A model generated the notes under the pieces. That model made no database searches. It was not told where the DNA came from and was given only the letters and a program-made list of their open reading frames with translations. A stretch of 64,000 nucleotides of DNA from Bacteroidales bacterium (GTDB lineage Bacteria; Bacteroidota; Bacteroidia; Bacteroidales; WRLA01): assembly GCA_965230045.1 (NCBI GenBank), contig OZ245940.1:458900-522899 (forward strand). The letters are read 5' to 3'. The translations under genes and the position numbers were made by a program. Every line of letters starts with the position of its first letter. Position 1 is the first letter of the stretch. Positions 28,979 to 38,013 of the stretch are shown one piece after another.

Positions 28979-31255
28979 ATGAAAAAGCTTTTGTTTTTAT
29001 TGATTCTGAGTTTTGGATCCGGACTGCTGGCTCAGGAAGCGCATTGGGTAAACCCTTTGCCTTTTGGCAATGAACCTCAGGATATGGAGTTTTTTGATGA
29101 GCAAAGAGGAATCCTTTGTGCCCGTTCAGCCGGGATGGCCTTTACTGAAGATGGAGGGGAAAGCTGGACGATTTGCCCTACTGAAAGCAAATCCGATTTT
29201 ATGGAAATAAAAATAATCGGTGAGGGCATGGCTTATTGCTGGACAAAGCTTGAACTTTTAAAAACAAATGATTACGGCAAAAACTGGGAGATTGTTCATA
29301 AACTGGTTGATGGTAAATGGTTTATGGACTTTTTCTTCTTTGATGAGCAGCAAGCCTATTGTTTGATCAATGACACCAAAAATGAGTGCCTGCATTTTTC
29401 AGAAACGAATGATGGAGGATTGCAATGGCATTATAAAAAGGCCGATGGTTTGAATGAGTTTAATTATTCATGGTTATATGGTAACAAAGGGGGAATGGCT
29501 TTTGAATCCAAAACCAAAGGAATATTGTTTATTAGGATTGAAGACCATTTAAACGAGATTTTTTATACAGCAAATGCTGCGGATAGCTTTACCAGAGAGT
29601 CGCCATATACTTTTTCTGATAAAGATTTAAGGGATGTTATTTTTGTAGGTGATAGCTCATACCTTTTATGCGGCAGCTACGGAGATTACAAAGCAAACCA
29701 ACCGTTTTTGGGTGGCGCAGTATTTAAAACGACCGATTTTGGCCAAAACTGGTTAAGGGTTGTGGATGGAAATCTCAGTTGGGCCTATCTTCATCGCATA
29801 AAAAGCAATGGGGATTCTGTTCTTGTCACCTATGGGGTAATTTACTACTATGGTAAAGGCTACCAATCCTGTATTGTTTCCTCATATGATTATGGTAATA
29901 CCTGGGAGATTAGTGAAGCTACTCACATTTCTTCTCAATATTTGCTGTCATCATCACGTATATGTGCCTTGGCTTTTCAAAACAGCTCAAAACTACTGGC
30001 TTATCTGAGCGATGTAATTCATACACGCATTCGAACCGATTCATTGCCTATATGGCAAGCTGAAAAGATTGCCTATGAAGAAAATATTGATGATATTGGG
30101 TTTTTAAGCGGGAAAGAGTATTTGATTTCTGATCGTCAATTAATCAAAGTAAATGGGTTTTTCCCATATTGGGATACCTTAAGTGTTCCCGGCTCATTAT
30201 TTGCTGCGGTTTACGATGAAGAAGAGCTCGTTTTGATCTCAACTTTTTATCATGAAACATTGGCACCTACTTATTTTTTGAAGGCTACAGATGGTAATTT
30301 GAACTGGGAGCAAAAGCTCATGTATCCGGGTGATAGATTTGGAGCAGATCATGTATTGAAGAAAAGGGGGGATGAGTTGTTTATATTGTTTACGGAAACA
30401 TATACCTCAAGAGAGTTTTATTATTTGGCGAACTGGGAATCAGAAACACAATTATTGCCACTACCTATGGAGGATACTATCTTCAACAGTATGGATGTTT
30501 CAGAAAAAATGCTGTTTCTGTTTGGGGAGCAATTAATTGAAGGAGCCGGCTACTACTATAGTTCCAACCTAGGTCAACAATGGCATTTCCGCGATATCGG
30601 CCTGGATTTCATTGATTATGGCTTCGCTAAATCAGATGATGAAATTTATGTGTTTGATACAGCTACTCATTATCTTTGGTTAGATCGTTTTTCTCAAAAT
30701 GCTCCCCCGGAACCTATTCTTGAGATTGAAGGTGGCGATCATATTGTTGATATTATTCAAAAACAGGACGGGCGTATGGTTTTATTAAGTGATTTAAATA
30801 CGCCTCGATATATTGCCGGGAACTCATTTATTTTTCTTGAACAATCAGAAGGTGTTTATGAAAAAATGGGTCCTTTCCCGCGTTTAAAGGGTTTGGCTCT
30901 TGATCCAGAAGGGCAGCATGTATGGGCATATGGACGACAGGGGCGTTTGCTTTATATTGGTGAAGGGCTTCCGGTGGGTTTATCAGCTCTTGAAGATCCT
31001 GAGCCATCCCCCTTCAAAATCTATGGCAATCCTATATCAAATAATCTGGAGTTTTCTGTGAATCATGATTTTCAGGGAGAGGCCATGCTGCAACTGATGG
31101 ATATGAATGGTAAACTAGTTCAGGAAAACCGGATAATCCTACAGGGCAACGCTGCACGTTTTTTGGTCAACACCAGCAGACTACCTTCCGGGATTTATGT
31201 ATGCAGCCTCATTGCCGGGGACAAACGTTTTAGTGAGAAAATAGTGAAAGAATAA
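28979..31255 (+). CDS. Paralogous BNR/sortilin-type beta-propeller protein with a T9SS C-terminal sorting domain
   Basis: 758 aa, starting 13 nt after the previous gene. BNR motifs TEDGGESWTI, TNDYGKNWEI, TNDGGLQWHY, TTDFGQNWLR and SYDYGNTWEI. The CTD is almost identical to that of the upstream paralog. Confidence 0.75.
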   Translation: MKKLLFLLILSFGSGLLAQEAHWVNPLPFGNEPQDMEFFDEQRGILCARSAGMAFTEDGGESWTICPTESKSDFMEIKIIGEGMAYCWTKLELLKTNDYGKNWEIVHKLVDGKWFMDFFFFDEQQAYCLINDTKNECLHFSETNDGGLQWHYKKADGLNEFNYSWLYGNKGGMAFESKTKGILFIRIEDHLNEIFYTANAADSFTRESPYTFSDKDLRDVIFVGDSSYLLCGSYGDYKANQPFLGGAVFKTTDFGQNWLRVVDGNLSWAYLHRIKSNGDSVLVTYGVIYYYGKGYQSCIVSSYDYGNTWEISEATHISSQYLLSSSRICALAFQNSSKLLAYLSDVIHTRIRTDSLPIWQAEKIAYEENIDDIGFLSGKEYLISDRQLIKVNGFFPYWDTLSVPGSLFAAVYDEEELVLISTFYHETLAPTYFLKATDGNLNWEQKLMYPGDRFGADHVLKKRGDELFILFTETYTSREFYYLANWESETQLLPLPMEDTIFNSMDVSEKMLFLFGEQLIEGAGYYYSSNLGQQWHFRDIGLDFIDYGFAKSDDEIYVFDTATHYLWLDRFSQNAPPEPILEIEGGDHIVDIIQKQDGRMVLLSDLNTPRYIAGNSFIFLEQSEGVYEKMGPFPRLKGLALDPEGQHVWAYGRQGRLLYIGEGLPVGLSALEDPEPSPFKIYGNPISNNLEFSVNHDFQGEAMLQLMDMNGKLVQENRIILQGNAARFLVNTSRLPSGIYVCSLIAGDKRFSEKIVKE

Positions 31256-31285
31256 GAATTAAGCCCGGAAGTCTAAGAAGCCCGG

Positions 31286-31310
31286 TTTCGCAAATCACCT
31301 TTGCGAGAAA
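31286..31310. repeat. Third copy of the CTTTGCGAGAAA core, here forming a hairpin (TTTCGCAAA-tcacc-TTTGCGAGA)
   Basis: Shares CCTTTGCGAGAAAAA with copies at 26409-26422 and 26529-26540. It sits between convergent genes. Confidence 0.5.
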
Positions 31311-31331
31311 AAAGTCTTTGTGCTTTAATGA

Positions 31332-32669
31332 TTAATATACATACCCGGCCTGTTCCAGATAACTCCAGCCCCGTAGCCAGTTATCATTATAAAATGCACT
31401 GCGGTATTTAACTTCTTCAAACCAGGCATTTTCGGCTTGCACTACATCCGCATCGGGGAATTCCGGTAAAATTCCTATGCTCTCTTCGGTAAACCTAATG
31501 CCCGGATTGCGGATATTGTTGTTTCCCCCTTCGAAATAGGCAATCCATTGATTCTGTTCTGTTTCGCCAAATCCAGATCCGGTCAGTACAAAAATGCCGG
31601 CAGCGGAATTGCCATCTACGCCATAAAAACTATTGTTTTGTAGGCTTGTATATCCGTTCTTCCAGTGGTCAAAAGAAGAGCTTCCCCCGCTTTGATATTC
31701 AATTCCAACACCATTTTCTTCTTCCAGAAAAATACTGTTCATGATATGCGCTCCGCCTTCATTTTGAAAACGGCAGAGCCATCCGCCGGCAGTATTTCCA
31801 CGTCCTATTGCCGTCAGATTGCTGATTACCGGGTTGGTGAATGGCCTTGCGCCTGTATGGTCTGCATTGCCATCGGATTCGATCAGGCAATTGCCGTCGC
31901 CGGGATCCTGTATGCCCAACCAGTATTGGCCCATTCCGGTGAAGCCCATATCAAAATCAAAGGCATCATCACCACAAAAAGCGGATACCAGATAGCGGCA
32001 ATTTACCGTTCCGCCAAAAAACTCGATGCCATCATCGGCATTGGCAACGACCTCTACATGGTCAATACGAGTTCCACTGCCTACTCCGCCAAGTGTCAGT
32101 CCATTGATTTCGTTTCCTTCGCCAATATTGGTTCCGCCATGCCTGATGCTCACATATTGCAGGATTCCGGAATTGTCTTCGGCATTTTGTCCGCCAAATA
32201 CGCCGCGTGGCTCACTGATCGGAATGCCTTCAATACGTGCTTCGCCACCGGAAGTGTTGAGCGGTGCGTTGCCCAGCAGGATCAACCCGCCCCATAATCC
32301 ACGTGCTTTGAGCGGTGTGCTGCCCTGCAGGTCATCGCCTTCAACCGTAAAAATAATGGGTTGCTGGCTGTTGCCTTGCGCAATGATTTTTCCTCCACGA
32401 CTAACGATTAAAGCTGTAGCATTGATGCCCTGTCCGGTTTTGGCCTGGATTATTGCTCCGGCTTCTATGGTCAGAACTTGTCCGTCGTTTACGAAAACCA
32501 AGCCTTCAAGTACATATTCTGTTCCCGCTTTCCATGTTACGGTTCCGGTTCCGTTGCCATTATCAGTGATGTATTGTGTGGCGGGCGTTTCGTAATCGCT
32601 TTTGCGGCATGATGAAAAAATAAACAGGAGGCCGGTTATTAGGAAGAAAGAAATATATAGTTTCTTCAT
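31332..32669 (-). CDS. Surface lipoprotein with a probable right-handed beta-helix fold; function unknown
   Basis: 445 aa. Lipobox FSSC. G/N/D-rich repeats (GGTNIGEGNEINGLTLGGVGSGT, DDGIEFFGGTV, DDAFDFDMG). The porin-like gene upstream ends 2 nt before its start. Confidence 0.45.
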   Translation of the reverse strand: MKKLYISFFLITGLLFIFSSCRKSDYETPATQYITDNGNGTGTVTWKAGTEYVLEGLVFVNDGQVLTIEAGAIIQAKTGQGINATALIVSRGGKIIAQGNSQQPIIFTVEGDDLQGSTPLKARGLWGGLILLGNAPLNTSGGEARIEGIPISEPRGVFGGQNAEDNSGILQYVSIRHGGTNIGEGNEINGLTLGGVGSGTRIDHVEVVANADDGIEFFGGTVNCRYLVSAFCGDDAFDFDMGFTGMGQYWLGIQDPGDGNCLIESDGNADHTGARPFTNPVISNLTAIGRGNTAGGWLCRFQNEGGAHIMNSIFLEEENGVGIEYQSGGSSSFDHWKNGYTSLQNNSFYGVDGNSAAGIFVLTGSGFGETEQNQWIAYFEGGNNNIRNPGIRFTEESIGILPEFPDADVVQAENAWFEEVKYRSAFYNDNWLRGWSYLEQAGYVY

Positions 32670-32671
32670 GA

Positions 32672-33688
32672 TCAGAGTTTTATTTCAAAGTTGAGATAAA
32701 TAAATGCTTCGTTTTCTTCGTTGGATGCATAAGGATACCAATCCTGATAATTCAAGGCCATGCGCAAACCTTTTATGGGCGCATATTGCAAACCGGCTAT
32801 TACGGCTGAACCATCTTTGGCCAAAGCCCAGGGCAATTCTTCCGATTCGAGTATGTTGGAAGTAATTTTGTCGAAACGCCCAAAAAGCTGAAAATGCTTC
32901 CAGAAGTCCCAGGAAAAATAAGCCGACCAGGCTTCGCGTTGGTGATCTTCCAGATAGCGGTAGTTCTCTGTTTGATTGTATTCAAAGCCCGCTTTGATGT
33001 TTTTCGTGAAGTGGTAACCCACAAATCCGGTGAGGCTGTAATAGCTGACGTCTTTTTCTTCATAATCGCCATACATCCGTAAAATCAAGCCCTTAATAGG
33101 TTTAAGTGTAATACCCAAACCGGCTTTGTAGGTATTGTCGGTTTGCAGGTGCGTATATCCTTCGCCGTTCATAAAGGTAAAATCTGCCGATAGCCATTTG
33201 AGGAATTTATAGCTGATTGATGCGCCAATATCTGCCGAATATCCCAGTTTATGTTCATCAATTACGTTTTTATAGATATATCGGTGCCCCCAGAATTTTT
33301 CTTGTATTTTAAACTGATGCAGCCCGATAATCCCGAAATTGGCTGTCAGGCGCTCATCTTCATAAGCCACATAAGCGTTTTTGAAATAGGCAAAGCGCCG
33401 TAAAAGTGCATATTGCGACTCATCGTTGGGGCTTCCGATATCCAGGTTTACCTTGGCATAAACATTCTTCGACAGATGTTTTTTATAGCCGAGATAAGCA
33501 CGGGTTATTTCCATGCCCGAAGGGTTATTGCCCTCACTGATGGAGCTGTGAAAATTACTGTAAATAGTGGCAAAAGTCTGTTCGTTTGATTTGAATATCT
33601 GTTTGACAGACAGTGAGTCGGGGTTTAGCGCAAACATATTGCTACTGGCAAGCGACAAGATGAGCAAAAGTGGGTAAAAGCGTTTCAT
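32672..33688 (-). CDS. Putative outer-membrane beta-barrel porin
   Basis: 338 aa. Signal peptide (SSNMFA), alternating amphipathic strands rich in Y/G/F, and a C-terminal IYLNFEIKL. The family is not confidently recognised. Confidence 0.4.
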   Translation of the reverse strand: MKRFYPLLLILSLASSNMFALNPDSLSVKQIFKSNEQTFATIYSNFHSSISEGNNPSGMEITRAYLGYKKHLSKNVYAKVNLDIGSPNDESQYALLRRFAYFKNAYVAYEDERLTANFGIIGLHQFKIQEKFWGHRYIYKNVIDEHKLGYSADIGASISYKFLKWLSADFTFMNGEGYTHLQTDNTYKAGLGITLKPIKGLILRMYGDYEEKDVSYYSLTGFVGYHFTKNIKAGFEYNQTENYRYLEDHQREAWSAYFSWDFWKHFQLFGRFDKITSNILESEELPWALAKDGSAVIAGLQYAPIKGLRMALNYQDWYPYASNEENEAFIYLNFEIKL

Positions 33689-34044
33689 TTATGGTTTTGA
33701 GATGTCCAATTAATTGGGCAAAAATAGTAAAATGGCTTTTGCGTTGGTAAAACTAATTGGCTCTTGTATCATTCCAATTGCTGATTCAAGGCCAGGAGTT
33801 TTAAAAGACGGGCAAGGTGTTGCTTAAATGCATGTTAATGAGGCTTTTAACACGAATTGAAGACTTATCAGGCAAGATTAATTTTGTGTTAAATTTACCG
33901 GAAGCTTCGTTTTATTCGTGCTTGTCTCTATTATGGGTTTCTGGAATAAGCCCTTTGGATGGTTTAAATCCGCCATAAAATGATATATTCGTGCTTCATT
34001 TGGCAGCAAGAAAGCCGGTTTTGAAATAATACAACACAATTATA

Positions 34045-34488
34045 TTGATTATGAACGAATTCAAAAAATTTATCAGCAAAGGAAATGTAGTAGAAATGGC
34101 CGTAGGCTTGATCATGGCCACATATTTTGGAGCCATTGTCAAATCGCTGGTCAATGATGTTTTGATGCCGCCAATTGGTGAGCTTCTGGGAGAAGTTGAT
34201 TTTTCAAAGTTCAAAATTATTATCCAGTCGGCCATTCCGGAATCTGCTCCCGGCGCGGCTGATGGAGCTGCAGAGATTGCAATAAAATACGGTTCTTTTA
34301 TCAATTCGGTTATTACATTTCTAATTGTGGCTTTTGCCGTTTTTATGCTTGTGAAGGCGTACAACAAAATGAAAGACAAACTGGAAAAGAAAAAAGAAGA
34401 AAAGCCTGCCGCACCGCCTGCCCCCTCTAAAGAAGAAGTTCTTTTGACCGAAATCAGGGATTTATTAAAGCAGCAAAACGCCAAATAG
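34045..34488 (+). CDS. mscL: Large-conductance mechanosensitive channel
   Basis: 147 aa. FKKFISKGNVVEMAVGLIMATYFGAIVKSLVNDVLMPPIG is the canonical MscL N-terminus/TM1, followed by TM2 and a charged C-terminal helix. Confidence 0.9.
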   Translation: MIMNEFKKFISKGNVVEMAVGLIMATYFGAIVKSLVNDVLMPPIGELLGEVDFSKFKIIIQSAIPESAPGAADGAAEIAIKYGSFINSVITFLIVAFAVFMLVKAYNKMKDKLEKKKEEKPAAPPAPSKEEVLLTEIRDLLKQQNAK

Positions 34489-34507
34489 AGTCCTTGTCTT
34501 ATGAAAT

Positions 34508-34606
34508 TATACCTTATAAGGTATAAAGAGCTTTATTTTGATGGGTTTATACCCGAAACGGTATAATTTCAATAATTTTTCGTACTTTTATACCCGAAAT
34601 GGTATA
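34508..34606. promoter_or_regulatory. Three phased 18-bp palindromes TATACC-N6-GGTATA (34508-34525, 34548-34565, 34589-34606); putative operators of the downstream HTH gene
   Basis: The inverted half-sites are perfect in all three copies. Start-to-start spacing is 40 and 41 bp. The last copy ends 4 nt before the ATG at 34611. Confidence 0.6.
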
Positions 34607-34610
34607 TAAA

Positions 34611-34832
34611 ATGAAAAAACTGCGCGATTTTGTGAAAAGCAAGCGAAAAGAACTGGGTTTAACTCAGGAAGATTTATCCTTTAAAGCAGGAGTAGGACTT
34701 CGGTTTGTGCGGGATTTGGAGCAAGGCAAGCAAAGTTTGCGGACGGATAAAGTGAATCAGGTTTTATCACTTTTTGGTTATGAACTGGGGCCTGTAAAGT
34801 CGGAGCGTGATGAAGAAAGCCAGATTGTGTAA
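34611..34832 (+). CDS. XRE-family HTH protein, HipB/Y4mF-type antitoxin-like
   Basis: MKKLRDFVKSKRKELGLTQEDLSFKAGVGLRFVRDLEQGKQSLRTDKVNQVLSLFGYELGP matches the Y4mF antitoxin pattern I recall. The ORF-track start at 34599 lies inside the third palindrome, so I prefer the ATG at 34611. Confidence 0.7.
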   Translation: MKKLRDFVKSKRKELGLTQEDLSFKAGVGLRFVRDLEQGKQSLRTDKVNQVLSLFGYELGPVKSERDEESQIV

Positions 34833-34927
34833 AAAACAATATTAGGTATCAATATGAATTTTTCGGTTTGAACTGTTGGCTTTAATTCTGCCCATTAATT
34901 TCGTAGATTTGTGTCAAAACAAACGTT

Positions 34928-35536
34928 ATGACAAAAAAGTTACTCCTATCCATATTTCTTGGCCTGTTTTTCCTGGCTGCCCAGTCGCAGGATTTCCGGG
35001 GCGGCCTCAAAGCCGGAGCCAATGCATCACAGGTTGCAGGCGATTGCTGCTCGGGTTATGATAAAGCCGGTATTTTTATTGGCGGATTTGTGAATTATCC
35101 CATCTCCGAAAATGCTCAGCTGCAAATGGAGCTGGAATACAGCCAGAAAGGCAGCCGCAGAAACCCTACGGAAGAAAATGGCTATCAGCAATATCTTTTG
35201 CGCCTCGATTATATCGACCTGCCGGTTTTATATCAGTATGTTTATGGGAAATTTACCTTCGAAATCGGCCTGGGATATGGGTATCTGCTTCATACTTATG
35301 AAGAAGCCGATTTCAGCGACCAGATTGCCGGCACGGAATTTAACAGGCATGCACTCAATCTTTTAGGAGGCTTGTATTATCGCTTTGCGGATCAGTGGCA
35401 GGTGAACTTCCGCTCTACCAACAGCCTGATGGCCGTGCGTGAACATGCTTCGGGCGTAAAACGTTTGTTTAACCGTGGTCAGTATAATGATGTTTTGACC
35501 CTTTGCCTGGTTTATGAATTCAAAAAAAGACGATAA
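34928..35536 (+). CDS. Small outer-membrane beta-barrel (porin-family, OMP_b-brl_2-like) protein
   Basis: 202 aa. Signal peptide (FLAAQSQ), GLKAGANASQV, alternating aromatic strands, and a C-terminal LVYEF followed by a basic tail. Confidence 0.6.
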   Translation: MTKKLLLSIFLGLFFLAAQSQDFRGGLKAGANASQVAGDCCSGYDKAGIFIGGFVNYPISENAQLQMELEYSQKGSRRNPTEENGYQQYLLRLDYIDLPVLYQYVYGKFTFEIGLGYGYLLHTYEEADFSDQIAGTEFNRHALNLLGGLYYRFADQWQVNFRSTNSLMAVREHASGVKRLFNRGQYNDVLTLCLVYEFKKRR

Positions 35537-36083
35537 AAAGAAAATCCTTCTCGGTGTAACCGGCGCCAGCGGTTCTGTTTATGCAAAAATGCTGATGGAA
35601 CAATTGAGCAAAAGGGACGAAATCCAGCTGGATGTCATCTTCTCAAAAACAGCCAAAGAAGTTTGGAAGTATGAATTAGATAATGCTGATTTTATGGGCT
35701 ATCCGTTTCGTTTTTTTGAACACGATGATCTTTTTGCTGCCCCTGCCAGCGGTTCCGCAAATTATCAGGCTATGATTATTATTCCATGCAGCATGGGCAC
35801 TTTGGGGCGCATCGCCTCGGGTATTTCCAACGATTTGATGACACGTGCTGCTGATGTGATGCTCAAAGAACGCAGAAAACTGATACTCGCTACCCGCGAA
35901 GCACCATTGAGCAAAATCCATATCGAAAATATGTTGCGCGTTACCGAAGCTGGCGGCATTATATGCCCTGCATCGCCGGGTTTTTATCATAAACCCAACA
36001 ATATCGAAAGCTTATTGCAAAATACCATTGACCGGGTTCTGTCTTTGGCAGATATTGATGCAGATGGTTTTGAATGGGGGTAA
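35514..36083 (+). CDS. ubiX: UbiX-family flavin prenyltransferase
   Basis: 189 aa. ILLGVTGASGSVYA, IIPCSMGTLGRIASGIS and LILATREAPLS are hallmarks of the UbiX/Pad1 flavoprotein family. Confidence 0.85.
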   Translation: MNSKKDDKKKILLGVTGASGSVYAKMLMEQLSKRDEIQLDVIFSKTAKEVWKYELDNADFMGYPFRFFEHDDLFAAPASGSANYQAMIIIPCSMGTLGRIASGISNDLMTRAADVMLKERRKLILATREAPLSKIHIENMLRVTEAGGIICPASPGFYHKPNNIESLLQNTIDRVLSLADIDADGFEWG

Positions 36084-36100
36084 GAATGGGATAATAAATA

Positions 36101-36139
36101 AAAACCCGGTCTCTTCAGTATTGAACGACCGGGTTTTTT
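36101..36139. terminator. Bidirectional rho-independent terminator (ubiX / aspS)
   Basis: AAAACCCGGTC (36101-36111) pairs with GACCGGGTTTTTT (36126-36138). A-run and T-run flanks serve both strands. Confidence 0.7.
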
Positions 36140-36156
36140 ATCTTAAATGAGATGTA

Positions 36157-37914
36157 TTAATTTTCCTTTGGGTTCAGTTTGATTTCCAGCTCATCAAGCT
36201 GCGCTTCTGCTACAGGCGATGGTGAATCGATCATCATATCGCGGCCTGCATTGTTTTTTGGGAACGCGATATAGTCGCGGATGGAGTCGGAACCGCCGAA
36301 AAGTGCTGCCAAACGGTCGAAACCCAGGGCAATGCCACCGTGTGGAGGAGCGCCAAATTCGAAAGCATTCATCAGGAAGCCAAATTGTGCCTGTGCTTCT
36401 TCGTCAGTAAAACCAAGATGTTTGAACATCAGCTTTTGCAGGTCACGGTCGTGGATACGGATGGAGCCGCCACCGATTTCCACTCCATTGATTACCATAT
36501 CGTATGCATTGGCACGTACTTTTCCGGGATCGCTGTCGAGCAGGGCAATGTCTTCTGTTTTTGGCGAAGTAAAGGGATGGTGCATGGCATAAAAACGTTT
36601 GCTGTCTTCGTCCCATTCCAGCAGCGGGAAGTCCGTAACCCACAGCGGACGGAAAGTGTTCGGATCGCGCAGGCCAAGGCGTTCGCCCATTTCAAGGCGC
36701 AGTTCGCAGAGTGCTTTGCGTGTTTTCTCGGCATCGCCGGCAAGCACAAGCATCAGGTCGCCGGGCTTGGCACCAAAGGCTTCAGCCCAGAGCTTGAGTT
36801 GCTCTGCATCGTAAAATTTATCCACGCTGGATTTGAAACTGCCGTCTTCATTGTATTTTACATAAACCAAACCGCGGGCGCCAACCTGTGGCTTTTTCAC
36901 AAAATCGGTGAGTTTATCGAGTTGTTTGCGGGTGTAATTGGCACATCCTTCGGCATTGATGCCCACAACGAGTTCGGCATCATCAAATACCTGGAAGCCT
37001 TTATTTTGAACTATTTCATTGAGCTCAACAAATTTCATTTCAAATCGGATGTCCGGCTTGTCAGAACCATAATATTTCATGGCATCGGCATATTCCATGC
37101 GCTCAAAATTACCGGGGTCAAAACCTTTTACAATCTGGAAAAGGTGACGGGCCATGCCTTCAAAAGTGCTCAGCACATCTTCCTGCTCCACAAAGGCCAT
37201 TTCGCAGTCGATTTGCGTAAATTCGGGCTGACGGTCTGCGCGGAGGTCTTCATCGCGGAAGCATTTTACAATCTGATAATAGCGGTCGTACCCGGCTACC
37301 ATCAGCAATTGCTTGAATGTTTGCGGGGATTGCGGCAGGGCATAAAATTCGCCGGGGTTCATGCGCGAGGGCACAACAAAATCGCGTGCTCCTTCCGGTG
37401 TGGATTTGATGAGGTATGGTGTCTCGATTTCCATAAATTTCTGGCGGTCGAGATAATTTCGGGTTTCCAGGGCCAAACGATGGCGCAGTTCGAGATTGCG
37501 GCGTACCGGGTTACGGCGCAGGTCGAGGTAGCGGTACTTCATGCGCAGCTCATCGCCGCCATCGGTTTCGTCTTCAATAGTAAAAGGAGGCAGCTTGGAT
37601 TTGTTGAGTATTTCAAGTTCTGCTACAGCAATTTCAATATCACCGGTAGGCATATTCGGGTTTTTTGATTCCCTTTCGATTACCGTACCTTTTACCGAAA
37701 TAACATATTCGCGTCCCAGGCTGCGGGCTTTTTCCACCAGGCCTTCCGGGGTGTCGCTTTCCTGCATAAAAAGCTGTGTGATGCCATAACGGTCGCGCAG
37801 GTCGATCCAAAGCAGGCTGCCTTTATCGCGGATGCGCTGAACCCAGCCGCTGAGTTTTACTTCTTGTCCCTGATGTTCCAGGTTCAATTCGCCACAAGTG
37901 TGTGTCCGAAGCAT
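36157..37914 (-). CDS. aspS: Aspartate--tRNA ligase
   Basis: 585 aa. [11 protein letters not shown] start, class II motifs ([31 protein letters not shown]), and a bacterial-type insertion domain. Confidence 0.95.
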   Translation of the reverse strand: MLRTHTCGELNLEHQGQEVKLSGWVQRIRDKGSLLWIDLRDRYGITQLFMQESDTPEGLVEKARSLGREYVISVKGTVIERESKNPNMPTGDIEIAVAELEILNKSKLPPFTIEDETDGGDELRMKYRYLDLRRNPVRRNLELRHRLALETRNYLDRQKFMEIETPYLIKSTPEGARDFVVPSRMNPGEFYALPQSPQTFKQLLMVAGYDRYYQIVKCFRDEDLRADRQPEFTQIDCEMAFVEQEDVLSTFEGMARHLFQIVKGFDPGNFERMEYADAMKYYGSDKPDIRFEMKFVELNEIVQNKGFQVFDDAELVVGINAEGCANYTRKQLDKLTDFVKKPQVGARGLVYVKYNEDGSFKSSVDKFYDAEQLKLWAEAFGAKPGDLMLVLAGDAEKTRKALCELRLEMGERLGLRDPNTFRPLWVTDFPLLEWDEDSKRFYAMHHPFTSPKTEDIALLDSDPGKVRANAYDMVINGVEIGGGSIRIHDRDLQKLMFKHLGFTDEEAQAQFGFLMNAFEFGAPPHGGIALGFDRLAALFGGSDSIRDYIAFPKNNAGRDMMIDSPSPVAEAQLDELEIKLNPKEN

Positions 37915-38013
37915 AATATCTTGTTTTTATTGATGATCTGTTGAAAACGAGGGCGAAATTACGAATTTTTGAGGAACACAAAAGATGTGTAAAGCCAATG
38001 TATGTACTTTCCT

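Noticed and set aside
33996-34484. 162-aa minus-strand ORF
   Set aside because: It is antisense to mscL, which has a canonical sequence. The product is a compositionally odd mirror of the mscL frame.
36340-37668. 442-aa plus-strand ORF
   Set aside because: It lies entirely antisense within aspS, whose product is unmistakable. The translated sequence is low-complexity with no recognisable motifs, so it is a shadow ORF.
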